DNA of 55,683 nt, from positions 1 through 55,683 of the forward strand of contig CALXJE010000006.1 of assembly GCA_944388545.1 (NCBI GenBank), given 5' to 3'. Of the stretch, positions 43,701 to 53,166 are shown one piece after another. The translations under genes and the position numbers were made by a program. The stretch's first letter is position 1; the number at the start of each line of letters is the position of its first letter. The DNA comes from an uncultured Clostridia bacterium. GTDB lineage: Bacteria > Bacillota > Clostridia > TANB77 > CAG-465. Under the pieces are notes generated by a model. The model did no database searches and was not told where the DNA came from. It saw only the letters and a program-made list of their open reading frames with translations.

Positions 43701-44483
43701 TCATTCCTTCTTTGTCTTTTTAGGAAAAACTGTTATAAGTTTTCCTGTTTCAGTATTAATTTCTATTGTACAATTTTTTCCTTTTATTTGTTGGCTTTTA
43801 TCTTTTCTAATTTTACCATATTTTATAGGATTTTTCAATGTATCTTGTACATCTTCAAAACTTACATCTCTAGCATATGTTCTCGATATTATATGTTCTC
43901 CAATCTCTGTTATTTCTATACCGTTTACTCTACTTCCTACAATATCACTATTATTGTATTTATTAGCAATTTTAGTTACATTTGCTACTTGTGTACTAAT
44001 ATTCTTGTCTTGTTTTCCTACATATAATCTTGTATTGTCCGTTTTTAATGAAGTTTGCTTTATAAAGTCATCTAATTCATTTTAATGTGTTTTATATATT
44101 AAAGAACGTCTGCTAAATTCAGTCTTAGTACTCTCTATTAGTTTATTATCTTTTGTATTAGATTTTAGTATTCCCTGCAAGCCAGCTAGTTCTTTTTTAT
44201 CTGCTCTAATTCTTCTTTCCATTTTTCTTTGTATTTGTGTTGCTTCATATTTACTTATTTTTTGTCCATTATATGTAACTTTTTCGTTTTTCCATGCATT
44301 TAACTGTTCTTGTGTATACGTTCTAGCACTACCTTTATAATAAGAATACCAATCATGTCTACAGTTCACTCCTTTAAATCCAGTTGCTTCTCCATATCCT
44401 ATATCATCTAAACTTAAATATCCTTTTCGTTCACTTCTACTAACAATCTTTCCTTGCCAACTTGCATGACTAGGTCTAGCTCC
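43701..44483 (-). pseudogene. 3' fragment of a phage head-morphogenesis gene (MuF / SPP1 gp7 family) with a C-terminal toxin-like extension; in-frame TAA at 44082-44084
   Basis: ARPSHASWQGKIVS...GFKGVNCRHDWYSYY...VTYNGQKISKYEATQIQRKMERRIR are MuF hallmarks. After TAA the same frame continues NELDDFIKQTSLKTD...EHIISRTYARDVSFEDVQDTLKNP...GKLITVFP to TGA at 43701-43703. The 5' end is truncated at the CRISPR repeat. Confidence 0.75.
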
Positions 44484-45295
44484 ATTTAAATACATCTAAT
44501 GTTATAGTTTCACCTACTGTTTCCTCTGTATTCTCTATATTTACAAATATTTAAATACATCTAATGTTATAGTTTCACCACAAGGCTGAAAGACGTACAC
44601 CAAACAAAAGACGGATTTAAATACATCTAATGTTATAGTTTCACGAAAAAGGCGACACAATAGATATAAGAGTAAGTAGATTTAAATACATCTAATGTTA
44701 TAGTTTCACCTGCTTCTGATTTAAAAGAAAATGTATCAAGTATGATATTTAAATACATCTAATGTTATAGTTTCACCAAAATATAATAAAAGTACAGGAG
44801 AGCTTTATTATAATTTAAATACATCTAATGTTATAGTTTCACAATGTTAAAGTAACAGCAAATTCACCAGGTGTATTATTTAAATACATCTAATGTTATA
44901 GTTTCACATGGATTTATATCTATCAATACTATTTGCTAAAATATTTAAATACATCTAATGTTATAGTTTCACCTGATTTTAGAATTAAGGAACGTGTTCC
45001 TGAAACATTTAAATACATCTAATGTTATAGTTTCACAGAAAAAGTTATGAAACTTATAATACTGAACAAGAATTTAAATACATCTAATGTTATAGTTTCA
45101 CAACTCAAATGTAGTAGCTAGGGACAACTCAAGTGTATTTAAATACATCTAATGTTATAGTTTCACGAAAATAAGTCAATGAATGAAATAACTCATGAAG
45201 AATTTAAATACATCTAATGTTATAGTTTCACGCTTTACCCATTTTGTTTGCTAACTCTTCTAAAAATTTAAATACATCTAATGTTATAGTTTCAC
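44484..45295 (-). CRISPR. Type I-B CRISPR array, 13 identical 30-nt repeats and 12 spacers
   Basis: The repeat is ATTTAAATACATCTAATGTTATAGTTTCAC on the plus strand, i.e. GTGAAACTATAACATTAGATGTATTTAAAT on the cas strand. Spacers are 34-37 nt. Repeat starts: 44484, 44549, 44615, 44680, 44747, 44813, 44878, 44943, 45007, 45072, 45137, 45202, 45266. Confidence 0.97.
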
Positions 45296-45436
45296 CCAAG
45301 ATAAATAAAACATTTTTAAATATGCATAATTGATTATATTGCTGTAACTATGCATATTATAATAATTTTTTTCCAGCAAATCAATAAATTACTAATTTGT
45401 CTAAAATACTAACGTTTAAGAGACTACCTGGAAAAA
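45296..45436 (-). promoter_or_regulatory. CRISPR leader with candidate promoter (TTGATT-17-TATAAT at 45356-45384)
   Basis: AT-rich 141-bp segment between the cas2 stop and the first repeat. The minus strand reads TTGATT - 17 nt - TATAAT about 55 nt upstream of the first repeat. Confidence 0.6.
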
Positions 45437-45727
45437 TTATAAAAATATTTCTTCTGTATTTTTCTTATATACTCCAATATTAGTTTCTCCTATACTCTTA
45501 AAGTTAATTATTTTTATTATAGATACAAAGTCTTCTTTTTCATTTATAACACTTTTTATTTCATTTTCCAACCTAATAATTTCTGATGTTGTTATAGCTC
45601 CTCTGAAAACAGAATTTTGCCAATGATTAAGATATTTTTTACATTTTTTAAACACTTTATTTACTCTCTTTTCATGAACATCATAAAATAGAAAAACATA
45701 ATTATAGTTTTTAATATCTTTTTTCAT
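45437..45727 (-). CDS. cas2: CRISPR-associated endoribonuclease Cas2
   Basis: 96 aa. YVFLFYDVHEKRVNKVFK...WQNSVFRG pattern. 4-nt overlap with cas1. Confidence 0.92.
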   Translation of the reverse strand: MKKDIKNYNYVFLFYDVHEKRVNKVFKKCKKYLNHWQNSVFRGAITTSEIIRLENEIKSVINEKEDFVSIIKIINFKSIGETNIGVYKKNTEEIFL

Positions 45728-46725
45728 TGCTTATCCTCCATGCAAAAAGGTTTAAACTCTTTACCTTCCAATATTGTTTTAATCAATTTATATCCATCAA
45801 GTTTTATTGCTTGTTTATAACTTATCATTCTATTAAGTTTTTCATGTTTAAAAGTTGTATTAATTCTATTTTCTAAAGCATTTATAAATATTTTCTTTCC
45901 TTCATCATTTAATAAGGAATAATTATATTTTTTGTCAAAATGTTTTTCTACTTTAATTTTATTATTGTTTACAAGTTCAAATATTGTTTTAAAAACTATT
46001 ATAGGCTTAAATACTTCACTTAAATCAAGAGATAATGAAAATCTGGCTTCACTTGGTTCATGCAAAAAAGAAATAGTTTGATCAAGATGAGTCATATATA
46101 TTTCTGTTATGGTTTTAGTATAAAGTAATGTATTTCCAAAGGATATCATTGCATTCATTGGATTATCTGGAGGTCTCTTTACTCTATTATTTAATATAAA
46201 ATCTTTTGGCAAAAAAACTTTAAAACTATTATAAAATTCAGCCCATATTTTCCCTTCTATAGATAATATTTGTTTTATATTATCTACTTTGTTTAACAAT
46301 TTAATTACATCCTTTTTATAAAAATCCAATATATCTTTCAAATTTTCTTTCCCATGTCTATAATAATGATATAAGACACTATGAATATTAAGAGCTATTC
46401 CATTTACTATCGCCTTAGCTATTTCTAGTCTATTTTTCGTAAATAAATTAACTTGCTCTACTACAAGACTACCGCTGATCAATGATTTTTTAGGATAGAA
46501 AGTTCCAACATAATTACCAAAATAATTAAAATAATGTATTAAAATACCACTTTTCGCTATAATTTCTAAAAATTTTGTAGACATTGTAATTTCATTAAAA
46601 CAATATATTTCTTTTATTTTTTCTATAGGAATATAAAAGTTTCCTTTTTCATTTTTATATTTTATTGAAAAGTCACTTCTACTAAGATCTCCTCTTGAAA
46701 AAATATATTTACTTTCTTCTTTCAA
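45724..46725 (-). CDS. cas1: CRISPR-associated endonuclease Cas1
   Basis: 333 aa, located between cas4 and cas2. Typical Cas1 size and C-terminal acidic catalytic region. Confidence 0.9.
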   Translation of the reverse strand: MKEESKYIFSRGDLSRSDFSIKYKNEKGNFYIPIEKIKEIYCFNEITMSTKFLEIIAKSGILIHYFNYFGNYVGTFYPKKSLISGSLVVEQVNLFTKNRLEIAKAIVNGIALNIHSVLYHYYRHGKENLKDILDFYKKDVIKLLNKVDNIKQILSIEGKIWAEFYNSFKVFLPKDFILNNRVKRPPDNPMNAMISFGNTLLYTKTITEIYMTHLDQTISFLHEPSEARFSLSLDLSEVFKPIIVFKTIFELVNNNKIKVEKHFDKKYNYSLLNDEGKKIFINALENRINTTFKHEKLNRMISYKQAIKLDGYKLIKTILEGKEFKPFCMEDKQ

Positions 46726-46734
46726 AATTTCCTC

Positions 46735-47226
46735 CTATATATAACAATATGTATAGTATGCACACCTTTTACATCCTTTAAGTTTATATGTTTCTGGAAC
46801 TTTATTATTATTTATTAGCTTATCTATATCATTTAAAATTTGCTCTAATTCTTTTTCTGTATTTTCATTTAATTCTATTATTTCTATTTTTTGATTAGTA
46901 TTTTTTTCATTACATATAAGTTTCCCTTTTTTATATATTCCCTTATCTTTCAATATTTTTAAATAAAATAATAATTGCATCCTTGCTGCTTCTATATCTG
47001 CATCACTCTTTTTATATTCTAAAACAAAATCTTTAGAAATTCTATCTATAAATGCATTCTCTAATTTTACTTCACTATCTTTATCATCCATGCTTTTAAT
47101 TTCATGTAATATTTTACCAATTCTAACATCTTCTGAATTATCTTCTAAATTAATTTTCTTAGAAAACAAATAACACTGTCTTTTACAATGTATATAATAA
47201 TTTATCATTACTCCGGTTATTTTCAT
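46735..47226 (-). CDS. cas4: CRISPR-associated exonuclease Cas4
   Basis: 163 aa. N-terminal Cys (YIHCKRQCYL) plus a C-terminal CKRCAYYTYC cluster. The ATGA overlap with the cas3 stop shows TGA is read as stop here. Confidence 0.9.
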   Translation of the reverse strand: MKITGVMINYYIHCKRQCYLFSKKINLEDNSEDVRIGKILHEIKSMDDKDSEVKLENAFIDRISKDFVLEYKKSDADIEAARMQLLFYLKILKDKGIYKKGKLICNEKNTNQKIEIIELNENTEKELEQILNDIDKLINNNKVPETYKLKGCKRCAYYTYCYI

Positions 47227-49652
47227 AAAAATAAACCTCCATTATAATCACTGTTAAATTTTCTCCTATCTAACTTCCCATTTTGAACATAATTACCACC
47301 ATTTTCAATATAGTAAATACCATATATCTGAGGAATACTATCTAAAATATCATTATTCCTAATATTAAAATTAAACGAAAATAAGTTCATATGTTTTCTT
47401 AGTTTAGATAACTTGATTTTAAATTTAGCATAACTTAATGTTCTATCCTGACAAACTTTTATATATTCTTCTAACACCTCTTTACCATCATATATATTAT
47501 TATAATCTTGAAATTTAAAGCAAAAGAATATCTGTATTGTATTTGTATCTATTAATTTAACATTTTCATATATTTTACTATAATTTAAATATTTACAATA
47601 TTCCATGAATTTATTATTGTTATATTTAGTAATATACTTATTTGAAATATTTTTACTTAATTTAAATACTCTTTCATAGTAGCTATAAAAATCTTTAGTC
47701 TCTAAATACTTTCTATTTTCTTTATTTAAAATTGTATAATTAAGTCTTACATCTCCCTTATATACATTTTGGGGATCGACTATTTTAAAAAAGTATACTT
47801 TTGCATATGCTCCTTTTTTAAATGAACGATTTATTCTTCCTTGAAATTGTTCTTCACTTTCAATAGTAGATACATTTTTAAATCCTACATCCATATCTAT
47901 ATCTGTTCCTGCTTCTATTGTTTGAGTACAAACAAGTAATACATCATTTAATTTATTTACTTTTTTTAGAACATTTTTTCTTATAAATGCATTATCATCA
48001 CCTGTTATTTCAAATATATTATTGAAATAATTGCTTGCTAAATCGAAGAATTCTCTTGCGCTTTCTTTAGTTATAAATTCAACAAGTATTTTTTTACCCT
48101 TGTATTCCTTTACTTTATTTAACAAATCACTATATTTAAAATTCTCTATATCAAGTAATGTAAAATCAGGTTTTGTTCTATTTTTAAACTCTTCCTTGCT
48201 ATAATAAATAGAACTATCTTGTAGCAAATTACAATATCCTGATACTGATACGTCAAGTAATCTATCTAATTTAGGTAACGTTGCTGACATTATAACAAAC
48301 TTAACATTTAATAACTTTGCATATTTATCTAGTAGTTTAATAATGTTTATCCACTTAGAGCTCGTATATGCTTGAATTTCATCTATTATAATTATACTGT
48401 TAATATAATCATATAAATTTACGTTACTTTCCTTATTGCATCCAAAAAGGCTTTCAAAAAGATTTACATGCGATGTTATTTTGATTTCATAATCTCTCAA
48501 TAAAAATTTCATATAACTTAATTCATAATCAGTATCATTTTTATCTAGAATCATATTGTTTATTGGAATCTCATTTAAAGAATTAATAACTACGAAATCT
48601 TTATCCTCTTTAAAATCTCTTTTAAACACTTCTGCTGTTTGTTCTACTAATGTATTAAATGGAAATATATAATTTATACTTCGTATATCTTTAATATTTT
48701 TATATAAAATTCTAGCTATATTAATAGATACATTAGTTTTTCCAGAACCTGTTGGTGCTTCTAAATAAAATATGTTTTTGTTTAAATTATCTATTAAATT
48801 ATTCTCTACTTCTAAAAACATATCACTTCTTGATTTATTTATACCATCTAGTTCTTGTAGTCCTTTTTCATATTCTCTAATAATTTTATTTATTTTATTA
48901 TTTTGATAACTATTAAATAGTTCTTCATTTCTATACTCTCTTAACTCTATTTTTTCTCCTGTCATATATTCTGTTGTTGATAAATAATCACAAGTTACTA
49001 ATAATGAATATAATAATTTTGTTAAAATATATAAAGAAATACTATCCACTTTGTCTTCTGCATTTAAACAATAATCTAAAACACCCTCGTATTTAGTCTT
49101 ATCTATCTTTAAAGAATATATCTTATTCATTCCTATAATTTCGTATTTATCTAACATTGTTATAAAAAATTCTTTTATACTGTCTAATTTTGAGTGATGT
49201 CTTGAAATTATATAAGCAAACCTTGATACTACATATATATTAAGTATTTTCTCTTTTTCAGAAAGTTTACTATTTAGAATTTTATCCAGACAAATATCAA
49301 AATATATCATAGCTGATATTATTGAATGTTCACTATCTGTTCCATTTTTCTCTCCCTCTTCTAAGTTGTTCATTTTATATGCCTGAAATGAAGGATTTAT
49401 TTTTCCAATATCATGTGAATAGATTGCAAAAGTAAAAAAATCATATGTTTCATTAATACTCAATTCTGATTGTTCAAAGTAAACTTCCTTAATTATATTT
49501 TTAACAACTTTTTCTAAATTGTATATTTTATCTAATTTTATATAATACTCTTCTGTAAGCAGTAAATGATCTAACAATAATTCTTTATTGCTTCCTTTAG
49601 TATGAGCGTAATACTTCTTATTTTTTAATATTTCATTTATTCTATTTTTCAA
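47223..49652 (-). CDS. cas3: CRISPR-associated helicase/nuclease Cas3 (HD + DEAH helicase)
   Basis: 809 aa. HD motif (IYSHDIGKINPSFQ), LEAPTGSGKT Walker A and IIIDEIQAY DExx box. Confidence 0.93.
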   Translation of the reverse strand: MKNRINEILKNKKYYAHTKGSNKELLLDHLLLTEEYYIKLDKIYNLEKVVKNIIKEVYFEQSELSINETYDFFTFAIYSHDIGKINPSFQAYKMNNLEEGEKNGTDSEHSIISAMIYFDICLDKILNSKLSEKEKILNIYVVSRFAYIISRHHSKLDSIKEFFITMLDKYEIIGMNKIYSLKIDKTKYEGVLDYCLNAEDKVDSISLYILTKLLYSLLVTCDYLSTTEYMTGEKIELREYRNEELFNSYQNNKINKIIREYEKGLQELDGINKSRSDMFLEVENNLIDNLNKNIFYLEAPTGSGKTNVSINIARILYKNIKDIRSINYIFPFNTLVEQTAEVFKRDFKEDKDFVVINSLNEIPINNMILDKNDTDYELSYMKFLLRDYEIKITSHVNLFESLFGCNKESNVNLYDYINSIIIIDEIQAYTSSKWINIIKLLDKYAKLLNVKFVIMSATLPKLDRLLDVSVSGYCNLLQDSSIYYSKEEFKNRTKPDFTLLDIENFKYSDLLNKVKEYKGKKILVEFITKESAREFFDLASNYFNNIFEITGDDNAFIRKNVLKKVNKLNDVLLVCTQTIEAGTDIDMDVGFKNVSTIESEEQFQGRINRSFKKGAYAKVYFFKIVDPQNVYKGDVRLNYTILNKENRKYLETKDFYSYYERVFKLSKNISNKYITKYNNNKFMEYCKYLNYSKIYENVKLIDTNTIQIFFCFKFQDYNNIYDGKEVLEEYIKVCQDRTLSYAKFKIKLSKLRKHMNLFSFNFNIRNNDILDSIPQIYGIYYIENGGNYVQNGKLDRRKFNSDYNGGLFL

Positions 49653-49662
49653 TTAATTCCTC

Positions 49663-50427
49663 CTAAAAGAAGAATATATTTTTATTATCAACGTGATATA
49701 TCTCATCCTGGTCTGAAATTTCTATATTTTTATTTGTAAAGCAAAATTTTTTAAAATCAATATAACCTATCTTTTCATTAAGTCTCATTGGCATTATTTC
49801 TGCATAAATAAACTCTTTTTCATTATCATTTGAATTTAATATATCTAAATAATTTTTATCTATAACCTTTGATTTTATATCATCTAAATAAATTGAATCT
49901 ATCTTATCAGTAACTTTACTAATTTTAGATACATTATTATATATTTTTACATCAGATATTGAGCCAAAATGTTCATTCTTACCTATATACGGTATATATT
50001 CACATTTTGAATTTAACATATATTCTTTTATTTTTTCATATTTATCTGATGAATTTGATAGAACATATATGTTCCATTTTGGGTTTTCAAGAAGTTCCTC
50101 ATTAACTATAAGATTATTCCCTTCTTCTTTAGAAGCATATCCTACTGAATTATTGAATTTTTGCCATTTTTTATTAAATATTCCTTTATTTGTAATTGGC
50201 TCTATACCAATCTTTATATCTTTTAAGTTTTGATAAAATTCAGGTAATTCATATTCTTTATTCATTAATAAATTGTAATTATATCCATTCTCACCAATTA
50301 TACTCCCTAAAATACCAAGTATTGCTATTTTGTGAATATTATTATATGTAAAATATCTATCATTACTCTCTGGTTTTCGTATAATTGCAAGTCTAGATTC
50401 TAATTTAAATTTTAACACTTCACTCAT
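49663..50427 (-). CDS. cas5: Type I-B Cas5
   Basis: 254 aa. N-terminal FKLESRLAIIRKPESN...ILGILGSIIG pattern of the Cas5 RAMP. Position between cas7 and cas3. Confidence 0.85.
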   Translation of the reverse strand: MSEVLKFKLESRLAIIRKPESNDRYFTYNNIHKIAILGILGSIIGENGYNYNLLMNKEYELPEFYQNLKDIKIGIEPITNKGIFNKKWQKFNNSVGYASKEEGNNLIVNEELLENPKWNIYVLSNSSDKYEKIKEYMLNSKCEYIPYIGKNEHFGSISDVKIYNNVSKISKVTDKIDSIYLDDIKSKVIDKNYLDILNSNDNEKEFIYAEIMPMRLNEKIGYIDFKKFCFTNKNIEISDQDEIYHVDNKNIFFF

Positions 50428-50437
50428 AAGGTCACCT

Positions 50438-51379
50438 CTAGTACAATTCTTTTAATATGCAATTTTCATTTGCCCCTTTTATATTTAAAGTATATGTATT
50501 ATAATATATTTCAACTTCTTCTATTTCGGATCTATGCTTTTCTACAATATCTATTAATTCAGAAATATCAATTATATCTTTATCATTTTCTACTTTTTGA
50601 AATTTTATGTATTGATCTAAATTAGCTAAATATAACTTACTACATTCTTTACATTTTACAAACGCTGCAAATTCATTTTCACATCCTAATTTACTATTTG
50701 TATTATATGCAGTTGCTGCCTTTAAGCAACCTTCTTTAAATTTATTATATGCATCTTCCGTATAGCCCTCAAAATCAAGGCCTAATTTTTCATCTTTATA
50801 TATATCATAATTAGAAGGATTTACGGAAAATGGATAATAATAGTGAGCTTCGTCTGATACTATTTTAGTTCCAAGCGAACTAGTCATAGCACTTTCTTTA
50901 TTAGAATTTCTAAATGGAGACAATATATCAATTATCTCAATACTTGTTCCTTTATATTTGTTAAAACCTTGTCCTACTTGCACAGCACCTGTTATGGAAA
51001 TATTACATTTACTTTCAGCAAATGTTGCTCCAAAATTCATAACATCTATAGCTTTAAATAAATTACCTATTACTTTATTTTGATCTTTTCCTACACTTTC
51101 TCCAAATAAAAATTCATATCTTTCACTTAAATCTCTAGGTATTATATTTTTTTCACCTTTTTCTTCTTTTTTCTTATATGATCTAACGTACATCACTTTG
51201 TTTTTAGAATCTAACTCCCACATCTTTTTAATAGGAAATTTAAATGCTTTATCGCTTCCATATATTTCATCATTACTAGTCGTTCTTGGTCTTCCTGAAA
51301 AATCTGCATTAAAATTTGACATTATACTTTTTATTCCTACTACTCCATAAACTCTGTTATTAAATAAATTTTCACCCAT
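50438..51379 (-). CDS. cas7: Type I-B Cas7 (Csh2-type backbone subunit)
   Basis: 313 aa. YGVVGIKSIMSNFNADFSGRPR is a typical Cas7/Csh2 N-terminus. Confidence 0.88.
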   Translation of the reverse strand: MGENLFNNRVYGVVGIKSIMSNFNADFSGRPRTTSNDEIYGSDKAFKFPIKKMWELDSKNKVMYVRSYKKKEEKGEKNIIPRDLSERYEFLFGESVGKDQNKVIGNLFKAIDVMNFGATFAESKCNISITGAVQVGQGFNKYKGTSIEIIDILSPFRNSNKESAMTSSLGTKIVSDEAHYYYPFSVNPSNYDIYKDEKLGLDFEGYTEDAYNKFKEGCLKAATAYNTNSKLGCENEFAAFVKCKECSKLYLANLDQYIKFQKVENDKDIIDISELIDIVEKHRSEIEEVEIYYNTYTLNIKGANENCILKELY

Positions 51380-51381
51380 TT

Positions 51382-53157
51382 TTATTCCTCCTCTTTTACA
51401 TCTTTTATAGATGTATAAAATATATTATCTGTTAAAACACCTGCAATAAGCATCTGCATAGCTTTTGTTTTATCAAACTCTGGTTCTAATGTCATCAACT
51501 GACTAAATACATTGTTAAATCTTTCATAATTAATACCTAAATTATAATTATATTTATTATATATATAAGTTAGTTCTTTCTTTATCTTTTCTACACTGTT
51601 TGCAGAAAACAAAGCATTTAACTTATCTTGGGTAATTCTTGATGCATTACTTAAACTTAAAAGATATTGTGCTACTTGTCCAGCAACAAAGTAATATAAA
51701 TCATCTGTATTAATTTTACCTTTTTCTATAATAACTTCTTTTGCTTTTTCAGTCACTTCACTTCTTCTCATATTAATACTCCCTTCCTTCCCTTTTAAAT
51801 ACTCATCTAATGCTAAATATAAATTCATAACTTTAATTACATTAAATGGAATTTTTCCTGTTTCTTTATTGTTTAAAAAGTCATAATATGAATTAATAAC
51901 AATTTCTATTCCTATATTATCAAGGTTCTGTATAAATAATAGTTTATTGTTTCTATTAAAATAATTAAAAAAGACCTTTCCATATCTTTTTATTATTTGC
52001 TTTTTCCACATTGTAAGTATTTTAGCTTCTTCTATTATTTTAAAATCAAAATAGCCTCTTTCTAAATATCCTGAAAACCAAATATTACTAACAAATTTTT
52101 CCATTAATTCCAACTTGTTTGTTATTATGTTATTCTCTTTAATCTCTATATTTGGCATAATATAGTTATTACATACAAAACTATCCTTTAATACATTAGA
52201 ATAATTAGGTACTATTTCAAAATGTTCTATTTTTGCATTTCCATTATCATTAATAGCTCTTAATATATATACATTTTTATTTTCTATTAATTCCGGATTT
52301 ATTTTTAATTCCTTCTCTATAGGAATTTTAACATAATTTTTTGTTGCTACATTTTTAATAAGCCAAATATATAAATTCCTAGTTTGTCTTATTTCTTCTT
52401 CAGACACCAAACTTCCTACTTTATATGATGTAGATTTCAATTCCAAATACTTCTTTTTAGAATTTAATCCAAAATTATAATTATTGGCTCCATATAATTT
52501 ATTATTTAGTACTACGTTATAATCAACTGTATTAAAAATTTTTTCACTTAAATAATAATTAGATTCTTTATCGTATTCCTCTATAGCATAATCTAAAAAT
52601 ATTTTTATATATGTATCTTTTTTTAGCTCTTTCCTTTTTACATCTTCTATAATAGCATTAAAAGCTCTTTTCATCTTTTCTTTTATAATTATATACTCTT
52701 CTAAAACCTCTTCATATTCCTTTTCTAAATAATTTGATTTTAATTTAGCTAGTGATTCATAATATTTATCTATACATTTATCCCAACGATCTAAAGAGTT
52801 TTCTTCTTTGCTATCTTTTAATAGTCCTTGAACAAATCTAGCCTTAAAAAATAATGAGTATATATTATTACTTACTACTTTTTTCCCCATCACAGATTTG
52901 TTACTATTTTCATTTTCCTTAAAACTTGTATCTACTGATTTATTATTATCTAAATATTTACTATAATAATCTCTAATCGCAAAATAATCATATAACTCAT
53001 TTGTCATATTTTGATGCTCTTTATTTATACTTAAATTTATATATTTTCCCGACTTATCTACTAAATAATATTCTCCATTTTCTAAAGTATAAATATCCTT
53101 AATAAAATCACTATTTTGAAATATCTCTCCAAAGCTATTTAATAGATCTTTTATCAT
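51382..53157 (-). CDS. cas8b: Type I-B large subunit Cas8b
   Basis: 591 aa, poorly conserved. Assigned from size and position between cas6 and cas7 in the canonical I-B operon order. Confidence 0.8.
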   Translation of the reverse strand: MIKDLLNSFGEIFQNSDFIKDIYTLENGEYYLVDKSGKYINLSINKEHQNMTNELYDYFAIRDYYSKYLDNNKSVDTSFKENENSNKSVMGKKVVSNNIYSLFFKARFVQGLLKDSKEENSLDRWDKCIDKYYESLAKLKSNYLEKEYEEVLEEYIIIKEKMKRAFNAIIEDVKRKELKKDTYIKIFLDYAIEEYDKESNYYLSEKIFNTVDYNVVLNNKLYGANNYNFGLNSKKKYLELKSTSYKVGSLVSEEEIRQTRNLYIWLIKNVATKNYVKIPIEKELKINPELIENKNVYILRAINDNGNAKIEHFEIVPNYSNVLKDSFVCNNYIMPNIEIKENNIITNKLELMEKFVSNIWFSGYLERGYFDFKIIEEAKILTMWKKQIIKRYGKVFFNYFNRNNKLLFIQNLDNIGIEIVINSYYDFLNNKETGKIPFNVIKVMNLYLALDEYLKGKEGSINMRRSEVTEKAKEVIIEKGKINTDDLYYFVAGQVAQYLLSLSNASRITQDKLNALFSANSVEKIKKELTYIYNKYNYNLGINYERFNNVFSQLMTLEPEFDKTKAMQMLIAGVLTDNIFYTSIKDVKEEE

Positions 53158-53166
53158 ATATACCTC

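Larger units (their letters stand above)
43420..44483 (-). other. 1,064-bp phage-derived coding segment occupying one spacer position of the CRISPR array
   Basis: Bounded exactly by perfect repeats at 43390-43419 and 44484-44513. Contains a MuF-type gene fragment, a small acidic ORF and a terminator, all on the cas/crRNA strand. Confidence 0.8.

Noticed and set aside
43629-44027. A 132-aa plus-strand ORF within the array-embedded segment.
   Set aside because: It is antisense to the MuF/toxin-like reading frame, highly hydrophobic and low-complexity, with no RBS. The minus strand carries recognisable conserved motifs.
44484-44495. The ATG start (MYLN...) of track ORF 44082..44495.
   Set aside because: These four codons are the reverse complement of the CRISPR repeat itself. 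The start is fortuitous, and the real gene is 5'-truncated at the repeat junction.
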